DNA from: a virus
Lineage: Duplodnaviria > Caudoviricetes
Strand: one strand, 5' to 3'
Virus record (IMG/VR): IMGVR_UViG_3300040985_000910
Location: 1-36,450 of that record
Length of the DNA stretch: 36,450 bases
Part shown: positions 1 through 9,343 of the stretch, piece by piece
Layout: each line of letters starts with the position of its first letter
Numbering within the stretch: position 1 is the stretch's first letter
Notes under the pieces: generated by a model
Database searches by the model: none
Seen by the model: the letters and a program-made list of their open reading frames with translations, nothing else
What the model was told of the DNA's origin: nothing
Position numbers and translations under genes: made by a program

Positions 1-100
1 TGTAACTTCTGCTCGCTTGTGACGAGAGAGAAGCAACCAGGAAACCATGAGGATATGGACTTCGATCTATTCAAGCGTATTACGACAGAGATGATTGACG
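1..100. repeat. Terminal direct repeat (circular overlap), copy 1
   Basis: Matches 36351-36450 except position 99 (c vs t; synonymous GAC/GAT). Confidence 0.97.
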
Positions 101-906
101 CAGGCGTTGAGGAAATCGGCATGTTTTACATTGGCGAGTCCTTCTTGAACGTGGATTTGCTGGTTGATGCCATTACCTGGGTCAAGTCACTGAACAAGGA
201 TGTTTACACGTTCCTGACAACCAACGGCTCATTGGCTGATCGTAAGTCTGTGAAGCGGGTCATGGCGGCTGGGTTGGATTCGCTGAAGTTCTCGGTGACA
301 TCATCGGACCCTGTGCAGTTCAGCAAGGTTATCGGTGTTAAGCCAAAGTTATTCCATCAGGCGCTGGACAACATCAAGGGTGCGTATGAAGTACGGGACC
401 ACCTAAAGTTGACTAAAACAGTCAGTCTTTCCGCTTCATCGATCAAATATGACGGGAAGCAGCAGCAGGTCATGGAGGATCTGTTAGATAAGCATGTCCG
501 TCCTTACGTGGATAACCACTATTGGCTGCCGCTGTATACCTTTGGCGATAAAGCCGTTGAGAACGAGCTAGAGCTTGAGATGGTGCCGACTGCGGGCAAT
601 GTCGGGCGATTAGACAACCAACGACCCGCTTTACCCTGTTGGCTGGTGTTCAATGAGGGTCATGTGACGGCTAAGGGCTTGATGTCAGCTTGTGGCTTTG
701 ATGCTACTGACTCGTGGATAGTGTCGGATTTGAATACAACGTCCTTCATGGATGCCTGGAACTGTGATGAATTCGTTTCATTGCGAGAGGCGCACTTTAA
801 AAAGGATGTGACTGGGACCATCTGCGAGGAGTGCATCTTGTACGAGCACAACAATCCTACCGTGAAAACAGACGTGGTTAAGTTGCTCGATCATGCTGCA
901 GGGTAA
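1..906 (+). CDS. Radical SAM protein with C-terminal SPASM/twitch domain (3' part; gene starts at 36219 and wraps the origin, about 345 aa)
   Basis: Frame 1 continues ...ELTARCNYRCNFC (CxxxCxxC) from the window end; GESF and TTNGS core motifs; C-terminal PCW...G...AC..D...CEEC auxiliary-cluster pattern. Confidence 0.9.
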   Translation, partial: CNFCSLVTREKQPGNHEDMDFDLFKRITTEMIDAGVEEIGMFYIGESFLNVDLLVDAITWVKSLNKDVYTFLTTNGSLADRKSVKRVMAAGLDSLKFSVTSSDPVQFSKVIGVKPKLFHQALDNIKGAYEVRDHLKLTKTVSLSASSIKYDGKQQQVMEDLLDKHVRPYVDNHYWLPLYTFGDKAVENELELEMVPTAGNVGRLDNQRPALPCWLVFNEGHVTAKGLMSACGFDATDSWIVSDLNTTSFMDAWNCDEFVSLREAHFKKDVTGTICEECILYEHNNPTVKTDVVKLLDHAAG

Positions 907-1231
907 GGTCTGGGGCCAGACTGCGGAGTTATTTAACAAGAACAATGTAGAAATCCACCGGATATCGATCAACGCCGGTGGATATTGCTCAGAGCACAAG
1001 CATGAAGGCAAGTTCAACGCCTTCTTTGTTGAGTCTGGGACTGTTGATATCTCCGTATGGGCTGACGAGGACCGCCCCGATAGCACGAGGCTCAGTGCTG
1101 GTGATTACATGGTTGTGCCGCCTGGTAAGTTCCACAAGTTCGAGGCGTCTACATACGCTGTAGTCTATGAGATTTACTGGGTTGAGCTGACCGAGGATAT
1201 CGTGCGTAGAACAGAGGGCGGAATAGTGTAA
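893..1231 (+). CDS. Cupin-domain protein (mannose-6-phosphate isomerase-like)
   Basis: KVWG start, CSEHKH and PPGKFHKF cupin motifs, YEIY..EDIVR end. Confidence 0.8.
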   Translation: MLQGKVWGQTAELFNKNNVEIHRISINAGGYCSEHKHEGKFNAFFVESGTVDISVWADEDRPDSTRLSAGDYMVVPPGKFHKFEASTYAVVYEIYWVELTEDIVRRTEGGIV

Positions 1232-1394
1232 AATGATCAAAACAGAGGGTTTTCTGTGTCAGATAAAAAACGCGCTAATGCTATGACTCTACGAAAGCAG
1301 GAAACGGGAGGCGCTCAAAGAGGTTATAATCTCCCTATCTACAGGCGATTTATCCCATATTGAAGTCGATCTGGATAATATTTTGTGAGGAACC

Positions 1395-1994
1395 ATGGCT
1401 CTCGATACCTATACGAACCTAAGGACATCAATAGAGGAGTGGTCTGGCCGAAATGATGTCAACCCACACCTGAATGACTTCATAGCCCTGACAGAGACCG
1501 AGATGTGGAAGAAACTCCGCATCAGGGACATGGAAACGTCTGCAGCGCTCTCCGTAACGGGTCGAATTGGCACAACCCCGACCGCTTTTGTCGCTGCTCG
1601 AAGCATAATCCACGTATCAGGCGGTCATAGTAAGCGGATATTCTCCTCAACACCCCAATCTCAACGAATAATCACCGGATCTGGTGTGCCATCCAACTTC
1701 ATCGTGCGGGACAACATCGAGTTTGACCGGACCATCAACGGCGCAGCAACCATTGAATACTATGCTTCACTGACTGGGTTGAGCTCTGCCAATACATCCA
1801 ACGGGGTACTGGCTCGATTCCCTGATATCTATCTGTTTGGGGCATTGATGCAGGTCTACCGGAAGGCGCAGGACTCAGAGCAGCAGCAGAAGTATAAGCA
1901 GGACTTTGAGTCTGCCATTCTTGCCGCGAATGCTCAGGACAAAGACGGGCGCTATGTTGCTCCAGCTGGTCAAGCCAGAGGGCGTAAGCCATAG
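1395..1994 (+). CDS. Head-tail adaptor protein
   Basis: MALDTY..L..., FIALTE, PDIYLFGAL pattern typical of podophage adaptors; RBS gagga; position. Confidence 0.7.
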   Translation: MALDTYTNLRTSIEEWSGRNDVNPHLNDFIALTETEMWKKLRIRDMETSAALSVTGRIGTTPTAFVAARSIIHVSGGHSKRIFSSTPQSQRIITGSGVPSNFIVRDNIEFDRTINGAATIEYYASLTGLSSANTSNGVLARFPDIYLFGALMQVYRKAQDSEQQQKYKQDFESAILAANAQDKDGRYVAPAGQARGRKP

Positions 1995-3416
1995 ATGCCA
2001 TACAAACTCTTCCCCATCAGTCTGGTCGGACCTCATTACGAGGATCAGGATCTACAATATTCCTCGCAGAAGACGGTTAACCTATTCCCCAGCATACCGA
2101 CAGAGGCCCGCACCCCAAGGGCGCTGCACTGGTGGCCTGGGACCAAGTTATTTTATATCGAAACACCACCGGCGGGCAGATGTCGCGGCATGCGAGTTAT
2201 GTCAGGCGTGGGTTACAGGGTTGTCGGAACTCTACTGTATTCGTTCGCTGCCAGCGGTGTGCATACATCTCTCGGCACTATCCCTGGCGCTAATCGGGTA
2301 GATATTCAAACAGACGGCACGAATCTGGTGATTTCCACTGGTACGGCCCGATACCAATACAACGCAACTGATGGTTTGACGCTGTTTAGCGACCCATCCC
2401 ATGAGCCGGGTAACACCTCAACATTCATCAACCGACAGATGGTGATGGATGGCAATGGTGGACGGTTCCAGGTTGCTGATGTTGATGACCCTGACAATAT
2501 CGACGGGCTGAACTTTGCCACGGCAGAGAGCGCGCCGGATGATACGATAGCAGTCGCTGCTTTTGATGAGATAACCAGTATATTCGGGACTGATACGGTT
2601 GAGGCATGGGAAAATACCGGTGTTGGTAATCCCCCATTCGACAAGATCAGGGGCGCGACCAAGAATGTAGGCATTGGCGCGGTACATTCAATCGCTATAT
2701 CAGATAAACATCTGTACTGGATGGGGTCGAATAAATCCATCTATCGGTTGGTTGACATTGATTTCCAAGACATTACGCCTATCGCCATGAGCGATTTCCT
2801 TAAAAACGCTGTCGTATCAGACGCTTACGGTGACATTGTTAAATTCGGGTTGCAGCACTTCTACGTTTTGAGCTTCCCGACTGCTGGCGCAACGTGGGCC
2901 ATCCCTTTGCTTGACCCTGCCTCGGCCTTTCAATTACAGACAGGGGTATCAGGCGGGCGCTATCTGCAGTCATCAGTTGTCGAGGTTTACGGTAAGAAAC
3001 TGGTATCCGATTGGCGGAACTCGAGCATTTATGAATTCGATTTTGACACGTTCACCAACTACGGGGAACCAGAGGGAATAGTACGGGAGCGAGTTACTGC
3101 CCCGATTAACGCCGCTGCCCTCGACTTGCCTGGTCGTGAGATAACGATGACTTATGCCGAATTCCTGATAACTACGGGAGTCGGTACGGCGGACGACGTG
3201 AACCCAGTCGTATCTTTGTCAGCATCTTTCGACAATGGCCAGTCCTATACTAATGAGACATGGATCGATATAGGCATGGCCGGCGAGATCCAGACTGTGA
3301 GGCTTGACCTGACCCGCACATTTAAAGATGTTCAGTTCAAGATACGGTATAGCGAGAAGACCAGGTTCAGCCTTCACGGTGGCGGATTATTCGCCAAGTT
3401 GTCGGGTAAAGCCTAA
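1995..3416 (+). CDS. Head-closure/tail hub protein (P22 gp10-like packaged DNA stabilisation protein)
   Basis: 473 aa; FATAESAPD motif, FG..TVEAWENTG; position after adaptor. Confidence 0.85.
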   Translation: MPYKLFPISLVGPHYEDQDLQYSSQKTVNLFPSIPTEARTPRALHWWPGTKLFYIETPPAGRCRGMRVMSGVGYRVVGTLLYSFAASGVHTSLGTIPGANRVDIQTDGTNLVISTGTARYQYNATDGLTLFSDPSHEPGNTSTFINRQMVMDGNGGRFQVADVDDPDNIDGLNFATAESAPDDTIAVAAFDEITSIFGTDTVEAWENTGVGNPPFDKIRGATKNVGIGAVHSIAISDKHLYWMGSNKSIYRLVDIDFQDITPIAMSDFLKNAVVSDAYGDIVKFGLQHFYVLSFPTAGATWAIPLLDPASAFQLQTGVSGGRYLQSSVVEVYGKKLVSDWRNSSIYEFDFDTFTNYGEPEGIVRERVTAPINAAALDLPGREITMTYAEFLITTGVGTADDVNPVVSLSASFDNGQSYTNETWIDIGMAGEIQTVRLDLTRTFKDVQFKIRYSEKTRFSLHGGGLFAKLSGKA

Positions 3417-4111
3417 TGGCTCAAGTGGATCCGTTAATTATCCGAATACCTGACTCTTTTAGTGGGGATCAGCGCAAGTTCTTCCGATACATCCTTAAAT
3501 TGATTTACGATTTAAGGTCAAGGACCGGCAATTCAGTTGATTTTATTGACGAAGAACGGGACACATCTGTATCTATTAGTTCGGCCCAAATAGCGGGAAA
3601 CGCAGAGCCGCCCCTGATGCCACAGAATCTTGGCGATATCCCTAGAAGACTGGACGATATAGACCAATCTCCGAGGCAAAACTTTGGTGATATAATGCAA
3701 AGACTGGCAGAACTGGAGAGTGGCAACCGATGGCAACCCCAGATTGGCGCGTTGCGTGAGGAAATAGAGGATATGACCCAAAACAATAAGCAGTTAGCGC
3801 AGTCTCGCCCTGCAGGGACTACAGCGGCCTCTATTTACTCACCTGCCGAGGGAGAGTCTACAAGAATCAGAGAGCTTATTGTGTGCAACACGACCGCCAC
3901 AGCGGCGGCTTATCGTATATTTCATGATGAAGACGGCACAAGTTATGGGCAGCAAACATCATTATTTTATGACGTATCTCTGGCGGCAAATTCAACGGAT
4001 ATTATTGAGCTAAATACTGGGATGGAGAATAGTTCAGGCAATTTTGCTGTGCGAACGGACACTGGTAGTGCGTTGACGTTTACCATAAGTGGAGAGGTTA
4101 CGCCTAAATGA
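3416..4111 (+). CDS. Putative tail/virion protein (coiled-coil plus C-terminal beta domain)
   Basis: Coupled to gp10-like gene; internal repeat QN(L/F)GDI..RL; occupies the gp26 position. Confidence 0.55.
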   Translation: MAQVDPLIIRIPDSFSGDQRKFFRYILKLIYDLRSRTGNSVDFIDEERDTSVSISSAQIAGNAEPPLMPQNLGDIPRRLDDIDQSPRQNFGDIMQRLAELESGNRWQPQIGALREEIEDMTQNNKQLAQSRPAGTTAASIYSPAEGESTRIRELIVCNTTATAAAYRIFHDEDGTSYGQQTSLFYDVSLAANSTDIIELNTGMENSSGNFAVRTDTGSALTFTISGEVTPK

Positions 4112-4638
4112 GCGGGTCGAGCAGAGTTCCAGAGGTTGGCATCACCAACACCTTTACCGTCCACATGAATCTGTCAACAAGCAGCACTCTGATCGCTTAT
4201 ATGCTGATTGATAAATCTGACACCACGAACTGGCCTCATACGCTTACAGGCTCGATAGTGCTTGAGTATATGGTTATTGTTGTCGATCCTTCGACAAACT
4301 TTCTTGGAGAAATAAAGATCGGTTATCTGAAGAACGTAGACGGTACAGACGGTGACTTTGTTCAGATATCCGACATAAACATGGCGCGTAAATCGGACCT
4401 ATTCGTTGAGGTTATTGAATTCGGTTCTCACGGATTCCACTGCGAAGACACTTACCACTTTGGGCCGGTCATCGCCAACAGCACCCTGTTCCAAACAGAC
4501 GTAAACTTGGCCGGTCCTGACGATCCCACGACAACGACCTATCCATCAGGTGCTGGGGATCTGGTTATGATAGTCGATGGTGACGGGTCAAACTTGGTGG
4601 ACGTATCAATTACATTAGGCTATGAATCAGTAGCATAG
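4108..4638 (+). CDS. Hypothetical virion protein
   Basis: Overlaps the upstream stop; beta-rich 176 aa; in tail operon. Confidence 0.6.
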   Translation: MSGSSRVPEVGITNTFTVHMNLSTSSTLIAYMLIDKSDTTNWPHTLTGSIVLEYMVIVVDPSTNFLGEIKIGYLKNVDGTDGDFVQISDINMARKSDLFVEVIEFGSHGFHCEDTYHFGPVIANSTLFQTDVNLAGPDDPTTTTYPSGAGDLVMIVDGDGSNLVDVSITLGYESVA

Positions 4639-4649
4639 AGGCTAAATAA

Positions 4650-4988
4650 ATGGCAATTTCATTTGAAGAGGTAAGGGTAGAGCAGTTGGCGGTTGCTGAT
4701 ACGACACAGTTCACGGTTGCGGCTGGGACAAATGTCGAGGTTACTCAAGGCACGATAACCAACGAAAGCGGGGCCACGGTTACGTTTTCCTTCCATATCC
4801 CTAATCCAACAGCATCGGCAGGGGTAACTAATGTGCTGATCGATACCAAAGCTATCCTGGCAGGCCAGACTTATATGCTCCCTGAGTTATTGGGCAAGCG
4901 ATTTGATGCCGGTACGGTCTTCAAGACCACTGCATCGGCGGCGAACGCTCTGAACATGCACTTATCCCTGATGACAAGGACGACATGA
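4650..4988 (+). CDS. Small beta-sandwich virion protein
   Basis: RBS gagg; Thr/Ala-rich; similar in character to the C-terminal domain of 3416..4111. Confidence 0.6.
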   Translation: MAISFEEVRVEQLAVADTTQFTVAAGTNVEVTQGTITNESGATVTFSFHIPNPTASAGVTNVLIDTKAILAGQTYMLPELLGKRFDAGTVFKTTASAANALNMHLSLMTRTT

Positions 4989-5380
4989 TAAGCGTAGACG
5001 AGACAAAGGATCTCGGCGTTGTCCGGGACATCCTAGTGCATGAGGATATCTGGTGGCGCATTGCTGGCGCTGATGATTCGGTGGAGGACTTCACTCCTCC
5101 AGAGGATGCGACTTATCTGCTTGCTACCATTGACGATACACCTGCTGGGTTGCTGGTTATCCTGCCCAATTTCGACAGTCATTTTCAGTTATTGCCCGAA
5201 TATAGGAACCAAAAATACGAGGTCGGCGCCGCGGTATTGGCGAAGGCAAAGGAATATACAGACCGATTAACGACAGACATCGGCAAGGATCACCCCAACG
5301 TGCATCATTTCGCCCTGAAAAATGGCTATAATGTGCTGAGGGAAGATGCCGATAACTGGTACTACGAGAAGGTGCTTTGA
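4985..5380 (+). CDS. GNAT-like virion assembly protein (P22 gp14/DUF2824-like)
   Basis: HFQLLPEYR and FALKNGY GNAT-like motifs; lies just before the ejection genes as in P22. Confidence 0.6.
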   Translation: MISVDETKDLGVVRDILVHEDIWWRIAGADDSVEDFTPPEDATYLLATIDDTPAGLLVILPNFDSHFQLLPEYRNQKYEVGAAVLAKAKEYTDRLTTDIGKDHPNVHHFALKNGYNVLREDADNWYYEKVL

Positions 5381-6070
5381 ATGGGATTTATCCGAAAACT
5401 TACAGGATCAGACGCGGCGAAGAAGGCGGGAAGAGTCCAGGTTACTGCGGGCAACAAGGCGATTGACGTACTCCGCGAGCAGATTGGCGTCACCAGAGAA
5501 CGCCTAGAACCATTCTCCGGGATAACTAATCCCCTGACAGGTCAACTTATTGAAGCAGGACAGGCCCCAGGTCAAGCCGTTCAGGACGTTGATAATCTAA
5601 GGCAATTTGATCCGACTAATGTCGTTGATAACCCTCTATTCAAAACCCTTGCAGACAACGTACAACAACGCCTATTCGCGTCTCAAGCCGCTAAAGGCAA
5701 GTTTGGTTCAGGCGAGACAGGTGTACGCTTAGGCGAAGCCCTGCTTCCTATCGGAATGGGCATTGTAGACCGAGAGCGTGAGAACCTTAGCAATGTAGCA
5801 ACACTGCAAGGGAGGTCCGAAGCTGACGCATTTAGTCGACTTCAGCAAGCATTGGCGACGACTGAGGACACTACCAACAGCGAATTTCAGAGAGAATTGC
5901 GTTCTTTATTGGCGGAAACGGGGCTTACGCAAGAGGTCGCAAATGTAACTCTCGATCAAGGTAACGCTCAAGCGGCTGGACTGATTGGTTCGGCTGCCGC
6001 AACCAGCGCCTTTGCGGGCGACCTGATCAAAGCAGGGGCAGGTGTATTTTCAGGTAGACCGAGAGCGTGA
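5381..6070 (+). CDS. DNA ejection/pilot protein (P22 gp7-like)
   Basis: Ala/Gly/Gln-rich; TGSDAAKKAG..Q, AAKGKFGSG, GNAQAAG motifs; position. Confidence 0.75.
   Translation: MGFIRKLTGSDAAKKAGRVQVTAGNKAIDVLREQIGVTRERLEPFSGITNPLTGQLIEAGQAPGQAVQDVDNLRQFDPTNVVDNPLFKTLADNVQQRLFASQAAKGKFGSGETGVRLGEALLPIGMGIVDRERENLSNVATLQGRSEADAFSRLQQALATTEDTTNSEFQRELRSLLAETGLTQEVANVTLDQGNAQAAGLIGSAAATSAFAGDLIKAGAGVFSGRPRA
5765..5790 (+). repeat. 26-nt direct repeat, copy 1 (gtagaccgagagcgtgagaaccttag)
   Basis: Exact match to 6054-6079. Confidence 0.95.
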
Positions 6071-6079
6071 GAACCTTAG
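6054..6079 (+). repeat. 26-nt direct repeat, copy 2 (apparent insertion)
   Basis: Exact match to 5765-5790; removing it restores in-frame FSDERLK. Confidence 0.95.
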
Positions 6080-6300
6080 ACGAGAGATTGAAGCAGAGCA
6101 TTAAGCCGATTGGCGATCTTGGCCCGCTCACGCTGGTATCCTGGGGTTGGAATGCTCTTGGCGAATCACTGGGCTGTCGCGGTAAGTCGGTTGGCTTCAT
6201 CGCTCAGGACGTTAAAAAGCATTTCCCTGAATGCGTGACTGAGAGAGATGGGTATCTTGCAATCTACTACGACGCTTTGTGGGGCAAATTATGCCGTTAA
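6067..6300 (+). CDS. Peptidase S74-like intramolecular chaperone domain, split from the upstream gene
   Basis: DERLKQSI...W.WN...GFIAQDV....PECV...DGYL pattern. Confidence 0.75.
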   Translation: MRTLDERLKQSIKPIGDLGPLTLVSWGWNALGESLGCRGKSVGFIAQDVKKHFPECVTERDGYLAIYYDALWGKLCR

Positions 6301-7385
6301 ATCCGATGATCCCGTTAGCCGGGAAGCCATTTACACCATTTAGCTCTCTCAGTGAGGGGCTTGAGGCCAAGGGCCGGTCTGAACTACGCTCAAAGCAACT
6401 CGAGAACCTCCAATCCGAGATAGACCAGCGTAAGGCTGAAGACATCGCGGCAGAGAGGGAGAAGCGGGACCAGCGGCGCTTGGAGTCTATTGTTGCTGGT
6501 GCTGCGACAGTTTCAGAACTTCAACAACGCGACCCCACAGGGCAGCAATCAATTGAATTCCTGAAGCAAAGAATCGGCAGGCTCAAACAAGACCCAAATG
6601 TGGACACAACGGAGTCCGAGGAATTACTGCAACAAATGATGGAAGGCCAAGAGTCCGGCGATATGTCCTCTGCTAATGCAACGATCCAGGGGGTGCTTGA
6701 CGTAGGCAGGGCGAGGAAGATTCCTTTTGAGTTGTCGGGGCAGGGCGGCGATGCTGCTGGGTTTTCGGCCAGAAGCGAGATTATTGGCAATTTAGCGGTC
6801 GGGGTTGATAACCAGGGTCAACCTTGGGTTAAGACTCTCGGCGGCGAGACTGTGACGGGCGATGCTGCTATTGAAGCTATTGCAAACAGTCGAGCGGTAA
6901 TGGAGAACAGGGCTAATAGAATGGTCCTAACCAAAGCGCAGATATCTCAGTCCATTGCTCTCGGAACGAAGATGTTTGACCAGATCGAGCCGATAAAGCT
7001 GGGCTTGGCGAATATTGATGAGGCTATCGAACTGGTCAAGGGCGGCGTGAATGTCGGACCATTGGTATCGAGATTCCCAAGCCTCACGGCCTCCGCCACA
7101 AAACTCGACAACCTCCAAAAACGCATGGGGCTGGACGTTATTGGCGCGGTTACTTTCGGCGCACTGTCTCAGTATGAATTAGACCTGGCTTTGGCCACTG
7201 CTCTACCGATTAACCTTGAAGGCGAACCGCTGATTGGTTGGTTAGAGCAACGCAAGGCAGCACAAACGAAACTGCTTGGATTCTACTCACAAGCCGCTTC
7301 TTTCTTGAGTTCAGGAGGAACGGTGCCTGAGTTTATGGAACAGGGTAAAAATAAAGGTTCTGATACAATCCAGGTAGACTTCTAA
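6291..7385 (+). CDS. DNA ejection protein (P22 gp20 position)
   Basis: Helical, about 364 aa; second ejection gene; ATG at 6291. Confidence 0.65.
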   Translation: MPLNPMIPLAGKPFTPFSSLSEGLEAKGRSELRSKQLENLQSEIDQRKAEDIAAEREKRDQRRLESIVAGAATVSELQQRDPTGQQSIEFLKQRIGRLKQDPNVDTTESEELLQQMMEGQESGDMSSANATIQGVLDVGRARKIPFELSGQGGDAAGFSARSEIIGNLAVGVDNQGQPWVKTLGGETVTGDAAIEAIANSRAVMENRANRMVLTKAQISQSIALGTKMFDQIEPIKLGLANIDEAIELVKGGVNVGPLVSRFPSLTASATKLDNLQKRMGLDVIGAVTFGALSQYELDLALATALPINLEGEPLIGWLEQRKAAQTKLLGFYSQAASFLSSGGTVPEFMEQGKNKGSDTIQVDF

Positions 7386-9299
7386 ATGCCTCCTAATCGT
7401 GAAAAGCCTTACTCTATCGTCACGAAGGACGGGATACAGGTAAACAACATCCCCGCAGATATGCCGGAAGACTCCCCGCAATTGAAGCAACGAGTGGCTG
7501 AGATTCGAGCAGAGAGGGGGATGCCTGCTCTTGAGCCAGTTGTTGATGCTCCAGTTGTTGATGCTCCAGTTGCAGAAGAACCCAGATTCCTGGACAAGGT
7601 CGCAGGCGTTGGCCGAGCGGCTGATACCGTCTTGTCGAGCATCCCCGCTGAAAGCATCGGTGGAGCCACTGGGGCACTGACGTTGCTAGGGACTGCCGGT
7701 GATGCAGATGCTGCGGTAGGCGTTCTGAATAGAGTCAGGGACGCTTTAACTATAGATCCCACAGTTGTAGACCCCAACGCTCCCGCTACCAGCACATATG
7801 CTGTCGAGAACCTGAAGTCATTGGCAAAAACGATCAAACCGCTGACGGATATCATTGAAGCGGCAGAGAAGGCAAGCGGAGATATAGGGTTTGACATAGC
7901 GGGGCCGATTGGTGGTGCTATTGGTGCGGCCCTCCCGACGGCATTGGCTGAGGCTTTAGGAATAATAGGCACCATGACCGCTAAACGTGTAGCGGGAACG
8001 CTGGTTGATGACGCTGCCGCCGGGGTTATTGAGGCAGGCGAAAGATTAGATGTTCCAGTGCTTACGACAGACGTGCAACCTCCGACGACATTCGCGGGGA
8101 AGCATGTTCAACAACTATCTGAAAAACTTGGTCCTTTAGGAACTGGCCCGAAAAGAGCGGATCAGCAACGAGCAAGGCAAAACGTTGTAGAAGAATTGGC
8201 AAAAGAATTCGAGATTGAATTAGATTCTCCGTTTGCGGAGGAGATAGTAGCATCGTTGAACGCAAAGAGCGCCAAAACGCTGGAGACTGCCGCTATACAA
8301 CGAAACGCTGCGGTTGATGCTCTAGTACCCTTTGGCGTTGTCCCTGTCACAAGGACCGTGGCGGCTATTGACGCTCAATTGGCAAGACAGGCGAGATTAG
8401 GTGATAAAGCAGATAAGGCGCTAGTTACGAACCTGGAGAACATTAAAAACTCCCTCGATGGTGATTTCGCGTTGGTCAAAGATATCAGAACGGAAGTTAT
8501 TGACGATCTGAAGGCATTAGCGAGAAGTGAGGACCGCAGGGCGGAAGGGTCCTTGCAGGCTGTCAAGTCTGCAATGGATAAAGACCTTGTTGACTTTGCT
8601 CGAACGCACGACAAGAATGCTGCAGGCGACTGGCTGAGATCCAATAGAGTATTTGCGGAAGAGTTTTCCAGAACGCGCAACACTGAACTCAAGCGGATAT
8701 TGAATGCTGGAGAAGCGACGCCAGAGAAGGTGATTCCAATACTCAAGGGCGGCAAACGTAGCGAATTAGACAGGTTGAATGAGAGCCTGACACCGAAAGG
8801 CAGAGCATCAGCGCGAGCGGCAATAATTAGGGACGCTTTAGACGAAAGTGGGTTCTTCCGGGGCGATTTGAACCCAGACCGGCTGGCTACAGCCCTGAAC
8901 AAGACGAACAGAAGACAGGCTATTGACGTATTCTTCACGGGGCAGGATAAGAAGCAACTCGACGGATTAACTCGATTGCTGGACGCCACCAGGAGAGCTC
9001 AACAATCATCTGCGGCACCAGCAACAGGGGTTCAGGCTGTCCCATTCTTGGCAGGTGGAGCGGTTGCCACAGGGGCAGCGGTAACTGATACGGTTACTAC
9101 TTTGGGGACTGTTGGGGCATTATCTGCTATTGCAAAGGCTTACGAGAGCAAACCTTTTAGGACCCTACTGCTGAAAATAGCAAACTCCAAGCCAGGCAGT
9201 AAAATAGAAACAGGCCTTCTGGATGCGACGGTCCCCGGAGTCTTAGCGGGATTGCAGGCCGCCAAAGCACAACAAGAACAAACAGAAGCGTTACAATAA
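7386..9299 (+). CDS. DNA ejection protein (P22 gp16-like)
   Basis: 637 aa; LTTDV.PPTTFAGK and C-terminal YESKPFRTLLLKIANSKPGS resemble the gp16 family. Confidence 0.75.
   Translation: MPPNREKPYSIVTKDGIQVNNIPADMPEDSPQLKQRVAEIRAERGMPALEPVVDAPVVDAPVAEEPRFLDKVAGVGRAADTVLSSIPAESIGGATGALTLLGTAGDADAAVGVLNRVRDALTIDPTVVDPNAPATSTYAVENLKSLAKTIKPLTDIIEAAEKASGDIGFDIAGPIGGAIGAALPTALAEALGIIGTMTAKRVAGTLVDDAAAGVIEAGERLDVPVLTTDVQPPTTFAGKHVQQLSEKLGPLGTGPKRADQQRARQNVVEELAKEFEIELDSPFAEEIVASLNAKSAKTLETAAIQRNAAVDALVPFGVVPVTRTVAAIDAQLARQARLGDKADKALVTNLENIKNSLDGDFALVKDIRTEVIDDLKALARSEDRRAEGSLQAVKSAMDKDLVDFARTHDKNAAGDWLRSNRVFAEEFSRTRNTELKRILNAGEATPEKVIPILKGGKRSELDRLNESLTPKGRASARAAIIRDALDESGFFRGDLNPDRLATALNKTNRRQAIDVFFTGQDKKQLDGLTRLLDATRRAQQSSAAPATGVQAVPFLAGGAVATGAAVTDTVTTLGTVGALSAIAKAYESKPFRTLLLKIANSKPGSKIETGLLDATVPGVLAGLQAAKAQQEQTEALQ
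7536..7572 (+). repeat. 15-nt tandem repeat, about 2.5 copies (PVVDA linker)
   Basis: ccagttgttgatgct x2 plus ccagttg. Confidence 0.9.
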
Positions 9300-9343
9300 T
9301 GACCATAGGCTCAGATTATACGCTGAGACAGAGGATTTAAAAA

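Noticed and set aside
1-100. Biological terminal repeat of the virion DNA
   Set aside because: It falls mid-gene and is about one k-mer long, so an assembly overlap of a circular or permuted genome is more likely.
1233-1388. Stop-codon reassignment or selenocysteine at the internal TGA
   Set aside because: TGA terminates many genes normally in this genome, and there is no supporting context or suppressor tRNA.
7536-7572. Tandem repeat as CRISPR or contingency locus
   Set aside because: It is an in-frame 15-nt linker repeat without spacers.
7409-8989. Long antisense ORFs (7409..7975, 8375..8989) and similar shadow ORFs elsewhere
   Set aside because: They lie opposite well-supported genes and show no motifs; they are expected by-products of codon bias.
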